Shown here one piece after another: positions 1 to 13,109 of a stretch of 64,000 bases of DNA. The position numbers and the translations under genes are program-made. Source of the stretch: Camelus dromedarius. Taxonomy: Eukaryota. A model generated the notes under the pieces. That model was not told the origin of the DNA. It did no database searches and worked only from the letters and a program-made list of their open reading frames with translations. How positions within the stretch are numbered: position 1 is the stretch's first letter; each line of letters starts with the position of its first letter. The stretch covers positions 108,502,001 to 108,566,000 of the forward strand of contig NC_087436.1 of assembly GCF_036321535.1 (NCBI RefSeq). The letters are read 5' to 3'.

Positions 1-649
1 TCCAACAATCCCAAGAGGTGGTAGGGAAGCCACCCCTCCACCCTGCCATGGCACCCAGGGCCATACTGCAGTCTGAGTGGCTGAATTGAGCCCTCTCTTG
101 TAAGGAATCCATGGTGGGAAGCCTAGAGCTCAGCCAGCAGACTCTAGTCAGTACCTCAAGGCCTGCTGTGGAGCTTAAAACAAAACCAGATGATGCAAAG
201 CAGACATAGAGCCTCAGCACCACTCGGAGAGTGACACATGCTGCCCAGTGAATCTCCTCACAATGTGAGACAGGCCCCATCGGCTGATTCCCAAGGCCTC
301 TGTGATCTATTCCTGTTGTTTTTTAGCAGAGCTCCTCGCACCCCATCTGGCTCATTTGTCTGCGAAGACCAAAGCTTGTAACAAGCTCCACTCTGTGCTC
401 TGCTGTTAGTCTGCACCTTTTTTAACCCAGAGACCCAGCTACAAGCCCCACTAAGTTGTCAAAGATGAACCTGTTGCCTCTTCAAGATGTGTTCACCACT
501 CAAAAGGAGGGTCTTCGACCAAATAACAAATTTTTCTGATCATGAAAGCTAACTCATGTTGGCTGTAGAAAATTTTGAAAAATCTTTGGAAAAGCATAAC
601 TAAAGAGGTTTTTTTTTTTTTTTTAACTACCCAAATTACCACTATTAAC

Positions 650-1215
650 TTTCAGTGATACATATGCTAAGTAATTTTTCTGTGAACACATGCACAATCT
701 GGATTGCACTGCATATGTTGTATATAAACTGCTTTTTTTCACCTCTTTTTTAATCAACAATACATCCTCGTTAAATATTCTGCGATATCATTTGTAAAAG
801 CTCTGTAGAAATCCACATACATAAGCAAGTAAGGATATGCATTAATGTATCTAACCAGTTCCTTATGTTGGCCTATTTAGGTTCTTATTTTTAATTTTTA
901 AAAAAAATTTTATTGAAGTGTAGTTGATTTACACTGTTAGTTACAGGTGCACAGCAAAGTGATTCAGTTATACATATACATACATATATATTTTATTTTC
1001 AGATTCTTTTCCATTATATGTTATTACAAGAAATTGAATATAGTTCTCTGTGCTATACAGTAGATCCTTGCTGGTTATCTTCAATTTTTCAATCATATAA
1101 CAATGAGCTGAACATCCTTATGGATAAATACTCGATTGCATCTCTTGTTATTTCCTTCAGGTTGTCTTTGACAAGAAAAATTGTGACATTAAAGCAAATG
1201 TGCAATTTTAAGGGA
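650..1215 (-). mobile_element. Old L1M (L1ME/MC-like) fragment, interrupted by a younger L1 tail
   Basis: Degenerate antisense L1M motifs (taaccagttcc...tatttaggtt; gaacatcctt...ttatttcctt) on both sides of the insertion at ~890-1080. Confidence 0.5.
890..1080 (-). mobile_element. L1 3' end stub, cetartiodactyl type
   Basis: T-rich tail, then tattgaagtgtagttgatttac...tgaatatagttctctgtgctatacagtagatccttg, the antisense of the L1 3'UTR seen at 44640-44880. Confidence 0.85.
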
Positions 1216-1769
1216 AAAATGTCTCAATAATATTCCAAGGGATGGCTAGCTATAAGGAATAGTGGGGGAGGTATTTTGGAAGTGGCAACCCCCTCAGGGA
1301 GTGATTTCTCACTCACTCTCTAGCCTTTGATTCCCCAGTTGCTTTCCTTCCAGCTGTCCCTGTTCTCCGGTTCAATCGCCTTTCAGACTTACATGGAAGC
1401 TAGGAAGCCTTTCCCTAGTGGATCTTATCACACGGGATTTCTCAGGCAAATCAACAGGGCTTGAGGCTAAGGATTGGGAAGCAATAGAAACAGACAAGAA
1501 GGGGTGAATGACATTTGGGAAATCCTACTGGTGAAGAATTTTATTGGAATGAGTAACTTGCTGGAAGAGATTGGATAAAAAAAATAGTGTTTGCTCCCAT
1601 GGGATCTGTTGTCTGCTACAGATGGCCTGAAAATGTAAAGGAGTGTAGGAGTTCTCCTTGCTTCTAGAGGAAGCTACTGTTGAATTATGAGGGCTTGGTA
1701 GGACCAATAATTAAATTAGATTGCCTTTACTCAAAGGGACTTTGAAAATTTATGTGGACCAAATCCTAT

Positions 1770-1975
1770 TATCTGTTTTATTGTCTTCATAACACTTGCA
1801 GGTACCTGAACTCACTAACTTTGTGCTTATTTATTATCTACTCCCTTGTTAGAAGGTGAACTCCATGAGACAGGTACCTTAGCTAACGAGTTCCCTTTAT
1901 ATCTCCAGCACCAAACACAGCACACAGCATTATTTTGATCTCAACATCAGTAGAATAAATGAGTGAAAGAATTGT
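1770..1975 (+). mobile_element. L2 3' end
   Basis: ttagaaggtgaactccatgagacagg...tatctccagcacc resembles the L2 3' terminal consensus. Confidence 0.65.
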
Positions 1976-2969
1976 TACCTTTTCCTGACCCTTTGAATGT
2001 CCATGTTTTTAGTACATAATAAGTGGTGCACTAATGAGGTTTTTGTGTTGTACATGGCATCAGGTAGTTTCACTGCATACGTACCTCTCTGTGGTATTAT
2101 GTGTGCTCTTGACAGACAAAAGGACGTAACTTAGAGGAGAATTTGCACCAACTGAATGCCTATCTTGAAGGGAAAACTGAACGACCGTTTATTGAATATT
2201 TGCTCACTAACTGGAAGCTAATTAAAATTACATCAATTCCTGATTTTAGTATCAGATACAACTTACTGGATTTCACATTTTCAGATAAGACTCGCTGACA
2301 TTTTATCTTGAAATGCTCAATCGGCATAAAACCACGCCTGTCTCAAGTCTGGTTAATACAAAAATTTGAATGAGGAGAAAAGCCTTTTGAATACGGAATA
2401 TGTCAATAGAATCCATGATTTGCAGGTTAAGCAAACGTTACATTTCCCTCTTGATGGATTTAAATCGTTGTAATGTGTTTTAATGAAAAAATGAATCTAG
2501 TTTACCTTATGAAAAGTAATGTGGTTGTATCAATACAAATGCTATACCAACCCTACCTGCCCAGTTCTTTGTTAATGGAATTCTTCTTTCCAAACCTTTA
2601 CGTGATATTTACATTGCCATCTGTTACTTATACACGCCTGCTTTGGGTTGCTTCCTCCGTAAGTCCGTAATTCACGCAGAGCTGAAAGAGTAGAGATAAA
2701 ATGCAAAATCAAGGCCATTAAGGTACAACTGAAAAAGCCATTTATCTTCATTAAACGTGATTTTAGACTATCTAGATTGAAATCGAAACGTCTCTTCCAT
2801 TGAAGTGATTCATTTTCTCCTTTCCTCCAGTCTCTGATGATATGAAGACTGTACCCAGTCAGTATCTCCTCCTAGGAGCTGTCCTTCCTCTCTGAGCCCC
2901 CAGCACGTTGGATATACCCCACATTTAAGCACCTATCATAGCCTGTTGCAATGATCTGTTTTAACAGAT

Positions 2970-3420
2970 ATTAACTGACCACTCTCAACATGGCAATCAC
3001 TGTGATGTAGTAAAACCAAAGAAATCCCTACCTCAGAGAACTTACACAGGGGAATCACTAACCAAATAAGCAAATAGTGCTATGATGCACTGCTCGTTAA
3101 ATGAATGCTGTAAAGAAACACAAAGCAGTGTAAAGGAACAGAGAGTGATGGGGGGGGCGCTCTTCTAAGGCTGTCAGTCAGGGTGGGATCTCTGATGAGG
3201 GACATTTGATCAGAGACCTGAATGCACTGAAGAAGCAAGCCACAAATACCTGTGGAAAAGAGGATAGACAGAGGAGGGTGTAGCAAATGCAAAGGCCCCG
3301 AGGTAGAGGCATGCCCCGAGGGTTTGATGAAAGGCAAGAAGACTGAAATGACTAAGAGTAGGATGTGAGGATAAGAGTCTAGGAAATGAGAGAGAGCCAG
3401 GAGCCAGTTTGCAAACTGCC
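2970..3420 (-). mobile_element. L2 fragment
   Basis: ctctgatgagggacatttgatcagagacctgaatg...agcaaatgcaaaggccccgagg, typical antisense L2. Confidence 0.75.
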
Positions 3421-3454
3421 ATTAGCACAAGGACCTTAACCTGGGATAGGTGGG

Positions 3455-3869
3455 CCAGAACATTCAGAGGGTCCATGAACCTGGATGCATTCCATCTTTG
3501 TTTCTATTAACCCTAACAGAAAGTTAGCATTTTGTTTAATTATAAATGTAGACAGCAGAAGCCACATTATCAATAGTAGTTCTGTAACTTCATGAGCAAC
3601 AGACTTTAAAATATTTTCATGTCATGTTACAATTATAGATATCTCACATACTCTCCATGTTCTTCATGCTTCAAAATTATAGTCGTTATTAGGCCTGTTG
3701 CTAATGTGTCATTTTAATTTTTGATAACTGCATTGTAACAGAGTTGATTTTCTTTGTAACCTCATGTCTTATATTTTATATATCAAAAACACATTCTTCT
3801 GAGGTGTCCACAGGCTCCACCAGGCCACCAAGGGTGCCCGTAGTACAAAAAAAAATTAAAATTCCCCTG
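3455..3869. mobile_element. hAT-Charlie-like DNA transposon remnant (subfamily uncertain)
   Basis: Terminal motif ttctgaggtgtccacaggctccaccagg...aagggtgcccgtagtacaaaaaaaaattaaaattcccctg. Confidence 0.55.
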
Positions 3870-4289
3870 CAGAATCTTGTATATTGAAATACCTATTGTA
3901 GGTCTTAGCTAGCATTTTTTAATAAAATGGAATAAAACACAAGCTGTCACAATGCATGACACATAGTAAGTTAAGTACATGCCAGGAATAAGTTCTGTGA
4001 AACTTTTGTATAAGGTGTCTGTGTTTGAGAGTGTTTTGCGGGTCATGGCATAAGGTATGTTTCTGTGGATCACACTTTTAAAAAAGTTGAAGGTCAGTGA
4101 ATTAAGATGAAAGAATGTTGACAAGAGGTAGGATGATTCTGGATACGTCTCTGAAACTCTGTAGGGAATCTTACAGTCCCCAGAACATAGAAGGTGTTCC
4201 ATACACGTTTCCTGATCAACTGACTGACCTAAGAAGCAGTATGTTCTTTCTGCTTCAAGGCTCATTCCTCTCCAGTGGTTCTGATTTCT

Positions 4290-5300
4290 TCCCTTCCCAT
4301 CTCCCTCCCCGACTGCCCACACCTCTCCTGGGCTCTTGTTCTCTGGTATTAACCTCTCTCTCTTCTGAATCCTGAGTCTCTACTTCCCTGACAATGAATC
4401 TATAAATATACTTATGAGTCTCTCTCAGATCATGACCCTCTCTCCTGAAGCCTTGTACTCTCTCTTTTCTTGTATTTACATTAAAATGTGATGAATGTAT
4501 CCATTCAATAGTTAGGAAATATTTACTGGGCACCATCTATGTTCAGACATGAAGAGTTAAGCCCTGACCTCCTGGGACGTACAGTCTTAGGACTAATTAT
4601 GACCCAGCTGTGTTGTCCCCAGTCCACTGAAACCGCTTTTTCTCGTGTCACCAGCGACCTTCTAAATCCCAGACTCAGTGGACACTTTTCAGTCTTCAAT
4701 TAACTTGACTCTTGTCTCTCTCTCTCTGTTTCTGTTTTCCACACCTGTTTGGCTCATAAGTTCCTATCAGTGATATCAGACTGCTGCAATTTTCTCTTTC
4801 CTTTTTCTGTTTAACAGCATACATTTTGCCCTTCTCACTGGATGTCTTTTGTCTTCAATGTTCTTTAGCAAATTTCTAACCAATCATCTTTCAAATTCCA
4901 ACTTCTCAGTGAACTCTGTCTACCTCACCTGCCCCTTTTACTCATTCCTACATTCCTCCCAAGCTAAACACCTCTTTATCTCTATGACCAAACCTCATGT
5001 ATTTTTTATAAATATACATATATATCATGTTGCATTTTAAGCAATTATTTTCTTTCCAAATTTCTGCACTGGACTTGACAGAGTTTCCATGAAGACAAGG
5101 AATAACTCTTAACATAATGCTTTGCAGAGGATGTGTACTCATAAGAATGCTTTGGAGTGAATATATGAATGAGTGAATATATAAATGAATGAATGATTGA
5201 ATGAGTGAATGATACTATTCTACTGATCCATCAGCAATGAATTAAACTCCAGATCTACAGCAGTGCCTAACATGTAGTAGGTTCTCAATAATAATTTATT
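4290..5300. mobile_element. Cluster of L2 fragments (both orientations) with (GAAT)n L2 tail
   Basis: tgtcaccagcgaccttctaaatccc; gaatgaatga tail at ~5160-5210; cagtgcctaacatgtagtaggttctcaata. Confidence 0.6.
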
Positions 5301-5749
5301 TAATAAGTTATATTTCAATTATAGTTAATAGGTATAAAAGCTATTGAATGATATATAAGAAATAATTCTTAGGTTTGTATATGTTTTGCCTATTAGACAT
5401 TCCCAGAAGCCAATAGTCATAACCAATTGTTATCCAATTCTTTTTATTCAGTTCCTTCCTTCCTTGTCTATCATGTAGTCATTGATAAAGAACTATTTGA
5501 TAAATAGGTTAAAATATGCTGTCTTCATTGAATCATTATGCATAAGTCCAACTTTATAATTCAACAACCCTGTCACATTGCTCTTCTGTGTCCACAGCAC
5601 TTTCTTCAGAGAAACATTGATGCTTCACACCCCTGAGATTAAAGCCTTTGCAGGGGAATTTGTACCTGTGCTTACCAGGGGCAAGAACAGAAACAGTATC
5701 TCCAACATATGACAGGGTCTGATCACAGAGGTATTCATTCTACCCAGCA

Positions 5750-6245
5750 ATTTATCAGCAGCGGTGAATCAGGGCCCCTTTGTCAAGCACAGGCATTGGG
5801 GTAAAGAACAGATAGTTTCACGTCATTGAGGAAAGCGTTATTAACCTGCTCATATTCTTTATGTGTGCCCTTGTCTATCAGGCGGCTTCCCTCCTTCCTC
5901 TGATTGAGTGCGTGTGCTTATCTGTGTCTTGACATTGACCACGATCGGGAAAGTCAGGCCTCTGTGCTCAAGGTTTGAAAGTAAGAGATAAATAGGCCTA
6001 GCATCCACGAATTATCGGTGTTATTGCAGCTCCAAGTGCCGTGCCGCCCGTCCCCTCACCTCCTGACAAATGGTTTCCCATCTTTGTCGAATGAGATGAA
6101 TACTAAAGTGGTATTCTCAAGAGTGGGCAGAAACCTCTGAAGAGAGGTGTAATCACCTTGGATCCTCCTGTAATGCGTGTGGTTAGCCCTGCGAGGAGAG
6201 CTCAGTGGCTTCCTATCACTATCAGAGAGAGGAGTGATAACAATC
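5750..6245. promoter_or_regulatory. Candidate enhancer: homotypic GATA cluster with retained CpGs
   Basis: Eight WGATAR matches and ~15 CpG in <500 bp of non-repetitive sequence. Confidence 0.45.
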
Positions 6246-6775
6246 TGTTTTTTACCAAAAGAGCCAACTCAGTACTGAGGCATACTTCCAAGATGTCGGA
6301 ACCTCAGAACCTTCATCTTTATCAAAGTTGATACACTAGTAAAACGGATACCAGATATATTTGCAGACTCGGATATTTTTGCTACATAAGTAATATTTCT
6401 TGATTAGTTAGGCAATAGGCCTTGGGAAATAGCACTTTGGGCAAAATTTAACAAATATGCACTGAACCTGAAACAACCTTATGTGAGGAAGATATATCTA
6501 TACAAAGACCGTAAGAGTTTTGTATTTGGAAAATGTGATGAAGCTCAAATTTATTTAAGATTAAATGAGATTCATTTACCTAATTTTAGTGCATTAAGAG
6601 AACAAGAGTAAATTCATCAGCCTTTGAGAGAATCTGGTCATGCTTCCAATTTGTGAGCTTCTGCAGAGCACTCTGTGGAAATGAAGTTGTGTAGGACAGG
6701 AAGGGAGAAGACGCTTCTGAGATTATCAGGCCAAATTGAGAAACAGGGTGTCTGTGCCTGATCTAGTTAAGTTGT

Positions 6776-7225
6776 TATATTAGTTTCCCAAGGCTTTTGT
6801 AACAAATTACCACAAACTGCGTGGCCTAACACTATAAAAATACATTCTTTCACAGTTTTGGAAGCTAGAAGTCTGAAATCAAGATGTCAGCAGGGTCGTG
6901 GTCTCTCTGAAGGCCCCAGGGGAGAGTCCTCCCATGGCTTCCAAGCTTCTGGCGGTTGCTGGAACTCCTTGGCATTTCTGGACTTGCTGCTGCTTTGCCC
7001 CGCTTTCTCCCCCCATCCTTACATGGCCCCCTTCTCTCTCTTGTGTCCATCTCTCTGTCTTCAAATCTTCTCCTTGTAAGGACACCAGATGGATTTGGGG
7101 CCCACTGCAGTCGAACATGAGCTTATCTTAACTAACGTCATCTGCAAAGACCCTGCGTCCAAATAAGCTCACATTCTGCCAGATGGACATGAATTGGGGG
7201 AGGGGTTGCAATTCAGCCCAGTACA
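6776..7225 (-). mobile_element. MLT1 (MaLR) solo LTR, MLT1B/C-like
   Basis: tatattagtttcc...taacaaattaccacaaact...gaagtctgaaatcaagatgtcagcaggg...attcagcccagtaca. Confidence 0.9.
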
Positions 7226-7669
7226 GCGGTTAGACTGCTTTATTTGAAATAATTGTTGGCTAAGTGACTCTTAACCGTACACAATAAGTAGTCTATAGCT
7301 TCCTGTGAGTATACAAAGACATCTCAGAGAGGAAGCCACAGTTAAGACTCTCAGAGCTGTGTCAGGGAGCAGAATCAAAAACCAGGCATAAAGGTGCAAA
7401 GTACCAGGGCCGATGTTGGCCTTTTGCATGTTAGCATTATAGATCAGTCCTCATTTACTCTTTAATATTGTTAGTGTTTATGTTTGCTTATCAAACTGTT
7501 TTATTTGTTTACAAAAAGCATTTTGCCTCTTTCCATTTGTAAATTATGTGTTCCCCCTTCCTGAGTAGCCACTCGTCTCCCTCCCACTTTGTTCTCTATC
7601 TGTTTGACCTGCCTGTACTTCCTGTGTATACCATGCAGCTGTTTCCTGCCTTGGAACCTTTGTCCAGGC

Positions 7670-8850
7670 TGTCCACTCAGCCTGGACACTTTGCTCTGGT
7701 CCTCCTCCTGCACGCTGCCCTTGGATTACTTATCTTTTTATTTGCATCTCGGTTGGCACTTCCTGAAGAATGACTCCCTGAACACTGTGCTTACCTTTAC
7801 TCTGAGCTAGACATCCTCTCTATCTTCTGTATTGCTCAGTGCAGGACACTCTTCGTACTTACCAAGCTTGGTACTTCCTTGTTATTATATCTGCTTCCCC
7901 CCAATAAACTCTGAGTTCATGGAAGGCTGGGACAATATGAGCAGCACATAATACATTCAGAAAATTCTGTGTAAGTAAATGAATAAGTACATAATTTACA
8001 AAGGGGCAAACCAAGGCACAGTGGTAGGTGCCTACTGGAGAGCGAACAAAACGTCAATTCTGACCTCAGAGAGTGCATGGGTGATGGGTGATGTGCCTAC
8101 AAATTGCCATATTTTGAGGCAGATAGTCTCCAGTGCCAGAAGAGAGGCAAAGTGGACTACACTGAGAAATGAGCAGATTCCAGCTGTGGCACAGCCTCTA
8201 GAGATGTCATGACAGGCATAGCATTCAAGCTCAGCACTGAGGACTAGCATTTGTGTGTGTGTGTGTGTGTGTGTGTGGAGAGGTCTGCTGGGGCAGGCAG
8301 GGCTGCTGGGGAGAAGTGAAGAGTGGGGAGCACTCGTAAGACAGAAGGGGAGAAAAAGCATGATTGAAGGCATGAAGATGTATGATTCTAGGATCCACTG
8401 AAAAACAGTAAATAATTCAGCTTTGGTGCAGGATTGCAAACATGATTAGATATTTGTGATGAAAACAACCGGATAGATGGGAATTAGATCACAAAGGCCT
8501 TGAGCTGCAGCAGCAAGAGGAGACATTATAGAAACGAAACAGAAGAAAGGTGTGTTCAGAGCTCTTGTCTGCCTTTGCGTGGTGAGCCCTGACTGCCCAG
8601 TCAAGACAGGTGCTGAAGAAGCATGTGAAGGGGCCGATGGAGAGCAGAAGGAGAGCACACTGATGAGGAGCAGTCTGTTACTGGGTAAGGGGCAGGAGGA
8701 AAAATGAGAAATGAAAGAACAGAAGTGTGATTCTGAAGAGTGGAGGTGAACAGATCTAGTGCAATCTGATGGAAGTGAAGGAAAACAACCTGTAAGATGG
8801 AGGTAGTTGTTGGCCTCCAAAGATGCAAAGATGGAGGAAGAAGAGAACTA
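7670..8850. mobile_element. L2 fragments (+ strand to ~7990, - strand after)
   Basis: aaactctgagttcatggaaggctgggac...aatgaataa, followed by purine-rich antisense L2-like sequence. Confidence 0.5.
8252..8277. repeat. (TG)13 microsatellite
   Basis: Direct reading. Confidence 0.98.
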
Positions 8851-10169
8851 AATAGTCGATCCCAGTGTGATTCCATGAGGCCACTCTCTGCGCCTCAGCC
8901 AGTAGGAGCTGCACACTTATTTGTGTTCTAATGGCGTTTTATTTTAGCTTTTTAAACTAAGTGCTACTCATATTATAGTCTGCAGGAGAGGACTGTTTGC
9001 AAACTGTTAGCTGCCCATTTGCAAGGATAAAATGCAGGAATTGAGCGTAAGCATTTAGAAACTATGGTGGCAAATTGATATTGTCACAACATCCATAAGT
9101 ACTAGTTGTATGTTACAAATGTGTCTGTGTACATGGATTGGGAAAACAACAAAACAAAACAAATTAATCCTTCACCACAGATGATTTGAGAAGCTCTGTT
9201 CTGTAAAACCAGTAAGTTTCACTGAAGTAAAGCATAATTTATCTGTCTATTCCTCCAGGAGCTTGTGAATTCTATGGAGTAGATGGAAGGATGTGTTGGA
9301 ATCCTCAGCTTCAAGCATGAGTCAGAGCATAACACATAACACAATTATCAATAAATAATTAGAATGGAATTGATCTTGATAACTGGTTGGTCATTTTTGA
9401 CTGTTGAGAGAGTAGTTTCAAGTTGACTGTTTGGGGTAGAAGTCATAGAACTGGAACTTAAGAGTCAGTTTTAGACACAAGTGTGGATAAACCCAAATAT
9501 GTAAGCATAAGCAGGTGAGAGACAATCTCATAAGATGCCACAGAAGAGAAAAGAGCAGTGAAAGGGAGCTAGAAAAGGTAGACCAGTTGTATGTTTCAAA
9601 CGTTGGGGAAGAAACCCTTACAGAAGAATGGGCTCAAGAAGGGGACAGAGAGGAGAAGCTAAAACTGGAACTGTCTTGAAAATGTCAGGGCACAGTGAGC
9701 TGTGACTGATGAACACACTTCCTTAGAAGAAACTATTGCTTCTGCTCTGGACCAAGTTAAATATCTATTAGCGCAGAATTGGGAAAGTGATTCCAGTTAC
9801 CAAGGTCCTGAGCATGATCCATCCCCAAATAAGCAACTTGGTGCCCTTGACCCAACAAAACTGTTCTCGGTGATGACTTTCCCTAAGAAAGACAGATGAT
9901 TACTGATTTCACTGCAAGATGCTCAGTGCTGTTGACAGACTGAAACTGTTCTGGGCTAAGGGTCTGCTACAGGCCTGTGCAAGCTTCTGTTGTTACACTT
10001 GATCTACCCACAGAATTTCAATTAGTTTCCATCTGTGAAATACAAAACTGAATTCTCCTGAATACCCTGAGCTCTTTCTAAGCACCAGGCTGTGTTGCCA
10101 AAGTGACAATTTGCATGGAATCTAGGCCATATTTCAGAGAATCTGGTTCAACCAAAGGGTCTGGCCAAC

Positions 10170-10330
10170 TTGAAAGGATGTTAGTGACAATCTAGCCAAG
10201 CTTCCATTTTACAGAAGGGTAACTAAGTCACAAAGTAGTAAAATAATTAGTTCAAGCTCACATAACGAACAAGCATGAAGTTTTTCTCTCTGCCAAACTC
10301 TGAACACTTTCCACTTCACTTCAGTGCTTC
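10170..10330 (-). mobile_element. MIR fragment
   Basis: ccattttacagaagggtaactaag MIR core. Confidence 0.6.
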
Positions 10331-11184
10331 TCTGTCAACTGTTCAGTCATTGCATATGGATTATTCATTGGTTAATTAACAAAAAAATTCTCCCAGACCT
10401 TAAAACCAATTGTTTGCTCTGGGAAAAAAAAAAATCTAATGTGTGATTTTTGTCATTGCCCAGTAAGTACAGAGGACCTCTCTGTGTTTCAAGGTATCGT
10501 AGCAGTCCGTGGTGATTAAGAACTACTTACAAATAGGAATTAAGATTTGCAGAATAAAGTCCATAAAAATATAGCAGTCTTTACAATGAAGAAACTCCTG
10601 TAAATTATCTAAAAATTTTAAGGGCATTTTGAACTCTCTGCTCCCAAAATATAAATTTTAGGTTTTCAGTGGTTTCACCAAAATCCCATGTGGCCACTGA
10701 AAGGTCATTAGGAGACAAGAGACTGGATTCTGACTATATGAACTTGCAAATCTCACCTTCACGGTGACGTTCATAGTACTTACCTTCTAGAGTTCTTATA
10801 AAGGTAATTTAAGGTAATAAGTCCAAGGCTGTTGGCATGATGTTCTGGACAATGTATACACTCTATAAATATTAACAACTGATATTAATAATTAACATAT
10901 GGTCCTGCCAGGGGTGTTGCAAGGAGGTTTCAGTATTTGATGGGGGAGATCAGACTTGATGATGAGTAAGATCTTTTCTGTTTCTGAGGTTTTTATGACT
11001 TTGGTGGTCCTTCCCAGCTTTAGGCCATTGGCAGGCTGACTAAGCCTGTGTCTCCATCTCCAGCAAAATACTACTTTTAAATACCTTCTTCCAAATATAA
11101 TTAGTCAGTGGACCCCAGTGTGATTGCATTTCTTGTCTTGGTTTTAAGGTGCTCAGTCATGATTGAAAAGGAAGGAAACTAACC

Positions 11185-11530
11185 CAGAGTGAGCATCGAC
11201 TGTATACCAAGATCATTGTTCATGTTACTTGCTCCCTCCAGCATCCATGAGAGGGAGAGTGTTGTTGCATTTTAGAGATGAGGAATAAACCCTCAGACAT
11301 ACTGACTCATCAAAAGTCCAAAGTAGAGGACAGAGTGATCATATAATTTACTGTACAAACCAGGATGCTTTCAGGAGTAAAGGAGGGCATTATTAGTAAT
11401 TATTCTGGGCCAATAGTTACAAATCAGGGCTGTCCCAGGTAAAGTGGGGCATAAGGTCATTCTCCCTATGGATAAAAAGAAGCTACAGAGCCAGAACCCA
11501 AACACAAGACAACCTCTAAATCCTGTGCTT
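11185..11530 (-). mobile_element. MIR interrupted by MER94
   Basis: cattttagagatgaggaa core; 3' part ccagaacccaaacac after the insertion. Confidence 0.6.
11331..11464 (+). mobile_element. MER94-like hAT-Blackjack MITE
   Basis: cagagtgatcatataatttactgtacaaaccagga...gggctgtcccaggtaaagtggggcataaggtcattct, with degenerate terminal inverted repeats. Confidence 0.8.
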
Positions 11531-11697
11531 AACTACAATGATATTGAAAAGATCTTCCCTATTACAGTTTTATTATACTGGGCTGAGAGCCAGAGCCCCA
11601 CTACAAGTGAAAACTGAGATGCTAATGTGGAAACCTGATAACCTGAGGTAGATACAGGGCATCAGTAGCCTCTGGAGTCAGGATACAGAGGAAAAAT

Positions 11698-12088
11698 GTC
11701 ACGTGCTGAGTGTTGTTCGTATCCCCACCAAATGCATACATAAGGCCCTAGCTTGCACTCATTGGAATGGTATTTGGAAGTGGTGCTCTGGGAAGGTAAT
11801 TGGGTTTAGATTAAATTGTGAGGACAGGATCCTCATGGCGGGATTAATGTCCTTATAAAAAGAGGAGGCATGAGATGCCTCCCTCTCTCTTCCTGCAAGC
11901 ACCAAAAACAGGTCACGTGAGCCACAGCAAGAAGGTGGCGATGTACAGGAAGCAAGCTCTTACCAGACACTCAATCTTTCTGTTCCTTGATCTTGGACTT
12001 CCTAACCTCCAGGACTGTTAGAAATAAATTTCTTTTGATGAATCCACCCGATGTATGGTATTTGGTTATAGCAGCCCAGACTAAGACA
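11698..12088 (+). mobile_element. MLT1A-like (MaLR) solo LTR
   Basis: gggattaatgtccttataaaa TATA; ttgatcttggacttcc...agaaataaatttc; ends ttatagcagcccagactaagaca. Confidence 0.9.
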
Positions 12089-12449
12089 TGAACAATTATG
12101 AAGGATCACCTTAAAGCACTTGGAAGATCTTTAAAACTGAGGACAAGACAACTGGTGGTCAAGTCAGAGCGAGAGAGAGAGAGAGACCAGATGTAGATAT
12201 GGGGCACCTAAAGATAAATCAGAGACTAAAGATGACTGAGGACTGTCCCTCCTCCCAGCAGATAAGCTAACCAGACAGTCAAACTGAAGATTGTTATACA
12301 AAGAAAGAGACACACACTCATACCAGATTTTGGTCGACTAAGTCATTTTGGGAAATGTATCACCAGTAGATTGCATTTGCAAATTGAAGAATAAGAAAGG
12401 GATCATTAATACTCATTGCATTTGCTTGGTCATTTGTCCTTTACCAACA

Positions 12450-12625
12450 GTTAATATTTATTGAAACCATGGGACATTCCAAGCACTGCTCTACATGTTT
12501 TGTATGTATTTACAGATTTAAACTATGCTGTGAGGCAGGTACTGCTTTGTTTTCCATTTTACAGGCAAGGAAAGTGAGGCATAGGGCCAGTTGATGACTA
12601 ACTTGCCTGAGACTTCACATGCACA
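12450..12625 (-). mobile_element. MIR (resumes at ~13040-13100 after LTR insertion)
   Basis: ccattttacaggcaaggaaagtgaggcatag...aacttgcctgag. Confidence 0.8.
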
Positions 12626-12631
12626 GCGGGC

Positions 12632-13038
12632 AGGCGAGTTTCCCACAGCTGCTGGAACAAATGGCCATGAACAGAGTGACTTAAAGCAACAGAAATTTAG
12701 TCTCTTATACAGAGTTCTGGAGGTCAGGGGTCTAAAATGGGTTGGCAGGGCTGGTTCCTTCTGGAGGCTCCAGGGAGAATGTTTCCTTGTCTTTTCTAGA
12801 TTCTAGAGGCTGGTAGCATAGCATCTTCCTTCTCTTTCTCTCTCTCAGCTTGTCATCACATCCTCTCTTGCTCACTTTGACCCTCTTGCATCCTTCTTAT
12901 GAGGACTTTAACCTTTGTTATTCCATTGGGCCCACGGGATAATCTGGGATAATTTTCCATCTCAATGTACCTAGTTTAGCCCTACCTGTGAGTTTCCTTT
13001 TACTGTGTAAAGTAACATACAGTGTTCTGCCTTCCTCA
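12632..13038 (-). mobile_element. MLT1C/D-like solo LTR
   Basis: gacttaaagcaacagaaattt...gttctggaggtcag...ggcagggctggttccttctggaggctccagggagaat...ccattgggcccac. Confidence 0.85.
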
Positions 13039-13109
13039 GCAGGGTTCTAGCCCAAGCCTGGCTGTAGAACACGCTGCCACAAACCACTGCACCACAGTAC
13101 CTGAAAACA

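Noticed and set aside
3909..4322. Longest ORF in the track (137 aa)
   Set aside because: No recognisable domain, partly overlaps L2, and its length is compatible with chance
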